DNA of 64,000 bases from Synechococcus sp. (GTDB lineage: Bacteria; Cyanobacteriota; Cyanobacteriia; PCC-6307; Cyanobiaceae). The stretch lies in NCBI GenBank assembly GCA_047285535.1, contig JBJBDC010000001.1, forward strand, positions 32,136 to 96,135, written 5' to 3'. Below are positions 62,253 to 64,000 of this stretch, piece by piece. How positions within the stretch are numbered: position 1 is the stretch's first letter; every line of letters starts with the position of its first letter. Made by a program: the position numbers and the translations under genes. The notes under the pieces were generated by a model, which was not told the DNA's origin, did not search any database, and worked only from the letters and a program-made list of their open reading frames with translations.

Positions 62253-62341
62253 GATTGAAGTGGCAGTGGAGGTCTATCCCCCCGACCCACACATCCTCTC
62301 TCCGTTCAACGTCGTAGGTCATGATTTGAATCACCCAGAGC

Positions 62342-62357
62342 TGTGACGTTCGTCACA
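62342..62357. promoter_or_regulatory. CRP-family binding site consensus
   Basis: TGTGA-CGTTCG-TCACA, about 90 nt upstream of the CCRG-2-like start. Confidence 0.6.
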
Positions 62358-62838
62358 GGTGCTGCAATTTCTGCAAAAACTCCTCTCGTGATTGGGAGGT
62401 CACTCATTGAGTCCATGAACGGGTTCATGACTTGATTGGTTGGTCTAGCTAGTAGGCAACTCATTGATTGCCTCCCGCTTTAAAGTTTTTGCATCAGTTT
62501 TGAATCCATTGAAGACTCATCGATCGAGATGTTGATTGTGTTCAGTGCCTTCCATTGATGCAGCCAACAGGGATGGCCAATTATCTGGAGCAGTTTAAAA
62601 TCGCCGGAGAAAGTGAGAACTGCTGCTCATTCAGAAGATGATGAACAGAAAGTGATCATTGTGAGAAGTATCTACTGATGAAAAATTCTGATGGGAAACT
62701 GAATGCTGATGAATCAACGTAGGGGGAATCGTTGAGAGTGTGATGGCTCGATTTCTGGTTGGCTGAAAAGTCTTGATCGGAATTATATTAGTACTGAACA
62801 ACTTGGTGATAGCGAAGACTGCTCGTAAGGGTATGGCG

Positions 62839-63057
62839 TTAAAGTTGTTCCACTGTTGGAGCTTCATTGAGGAGAGGGCTATTTGGGGCAAGCGATAAAC
62901 CCATAAAGTATGACTCAATAGCCCAATTTGTGACTTCTTTATTGGCTGCGAGAGGATTTTTAAGTGAATAAGCTTTTTTTAAGCGTAAAATCTCATTCCA
63001 TTGATTTTTGGCTTCCTCTTTGCTGAAGGCCTCGCCGTACAAATTATGGTGAATCAT
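62839..63057 (-). pseudogene. Remnant ORF of unknown function
   Basis: 72-aa ORF whose frame continues upstream through two stops. Confidence 0.3.
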
Positions 63058-64000
63058 CTTGATGCTTCCTTGAGTGTGCTTTTTTCAAGGCTTGTATGAA
63101 TGCCCGTTTGGTGGTCACTGCATTTCAAAGTTGTGTAGAGCATCGTGAATCGAAGGGTTAAAAGTCTTGGTTTGCCGTTTCAGATCAGACGTTGGCTCGA
63201 CTGATAAGAATGCGGCGAAATGCGTAGAAGCTGCTAGCTAGTAACAAGTCGTTAATTTATTTGAAGATTAAGATAGCAGGCTGTGAAGAATCGTAAATAG
63301 GTGTATTTGCTTATTGGCGCTGTCTGTGGTTATCCGCTGACGGGGGGGATGTTCTCCGTTTGCCAAGGGATGACGTTTTAAGGAGACCCAAATTAGAGAA
63401 GAGATTCGAAAACCCTGTTTAAGGACTAAGACAAAAAACGGGAGTAACTCTTTGATGGCTGGGGTGGGCATCGCTGAGGCCCTTGGGAGTTCGGGAAAGA
63501 CGTAATCACTTGCATGCCATACGACAATCGTCGTATTCGCGATCGTCAGCATTTTGGTGATGCCGTTGATGAATAGAAATGCATTCAGAATCAATCAAGC
63601 TTGTCACTCTTTTTCAGTGGAATTTGGTTTGGAGTTTCCTGAAAGCAAATCAGTGATGGCGGTTCGATTGGTTTTCTACCCTCGTGGAGTGTCTCTAGAA
63701 CTTATGCCTTCTCCAAAGACAAACCCATGACAGTGCTTGAGATCTCTTGGCAAGGGCTCTCAACTGATCCAATTAGATTATTGCTTTGGGATGCACAAAA
63801 GTTTGCAGGGAAACGAGCCTGAAGTCACTCAGGCAAATCGGTGGCAGTTCTTAGGGCCAAACAATGGATCACCTTCGGAGTGAATGGTCAGACTAGGCAA
63901 TAAATCGAAAAGTAAGGAATGGCTTCATCCTTGATGGGAGAGAGATTTAGTACTGCGAGAAAGCTAAAACCGATCACAAGCTATTCACATCTTTAAATGA

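Larger units (their letters stand above)
56708..64000. mobile_element. tRNA-Ala-anchored genomic island, extending past the window end
   Basis: Abrupt switch to short hypothetical and decayed ORFs; degenerate tRNA 3' copy at 59323-59366; no integrase seen. Confidence 0.75.

Noticed and set aside
63268..63594. 108-aa ORF near the window end
   Set aside because: No motifs, a non-ATG start and a decayed context

Overview
Chromosomal window of a marine picocyanobacterium, most likely marine Synechococcus (inferred from gene content and order). The core backbone runs: group-2 sigma factor (5'-truncated), pdhA, ftn2, ffh, rpsP, phoH, YccA, era, CpcS-like lyase, trmD, ispF, larB, thiS/thiE, ribF, surE, pheS, NAD kinase, cobL, GH116, ribD, ftsH, argF, lexA and tRNA-Ala(GGC). 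Probable accessory content includes a GlcP-type sugar porter, a 1391-aa GH18 chitinase with about 2.8 apparently identical 690-bp CBM2-containing repeats, an MFS exporter, several decayed ORFs and a frameshifted aldo/keto reductase. An island starts at tRNA-Ala. It holds a degenerate copy of the tRNA 3' half (att-like scar), small secreted or lipoprotein genes, and two double-glycine-leader peptide genes. These two genes share 5' and 3' non-coding motifs around unrelated core peptides, and one lies behind a perfect TGTGA-N6-TCACA box. That peptide cassette pair is the best candidate for an undescribed system. No CRISPR array, rRNA, integrase or transposase was recognised. All family calls come from motif recognition; no database search was run.
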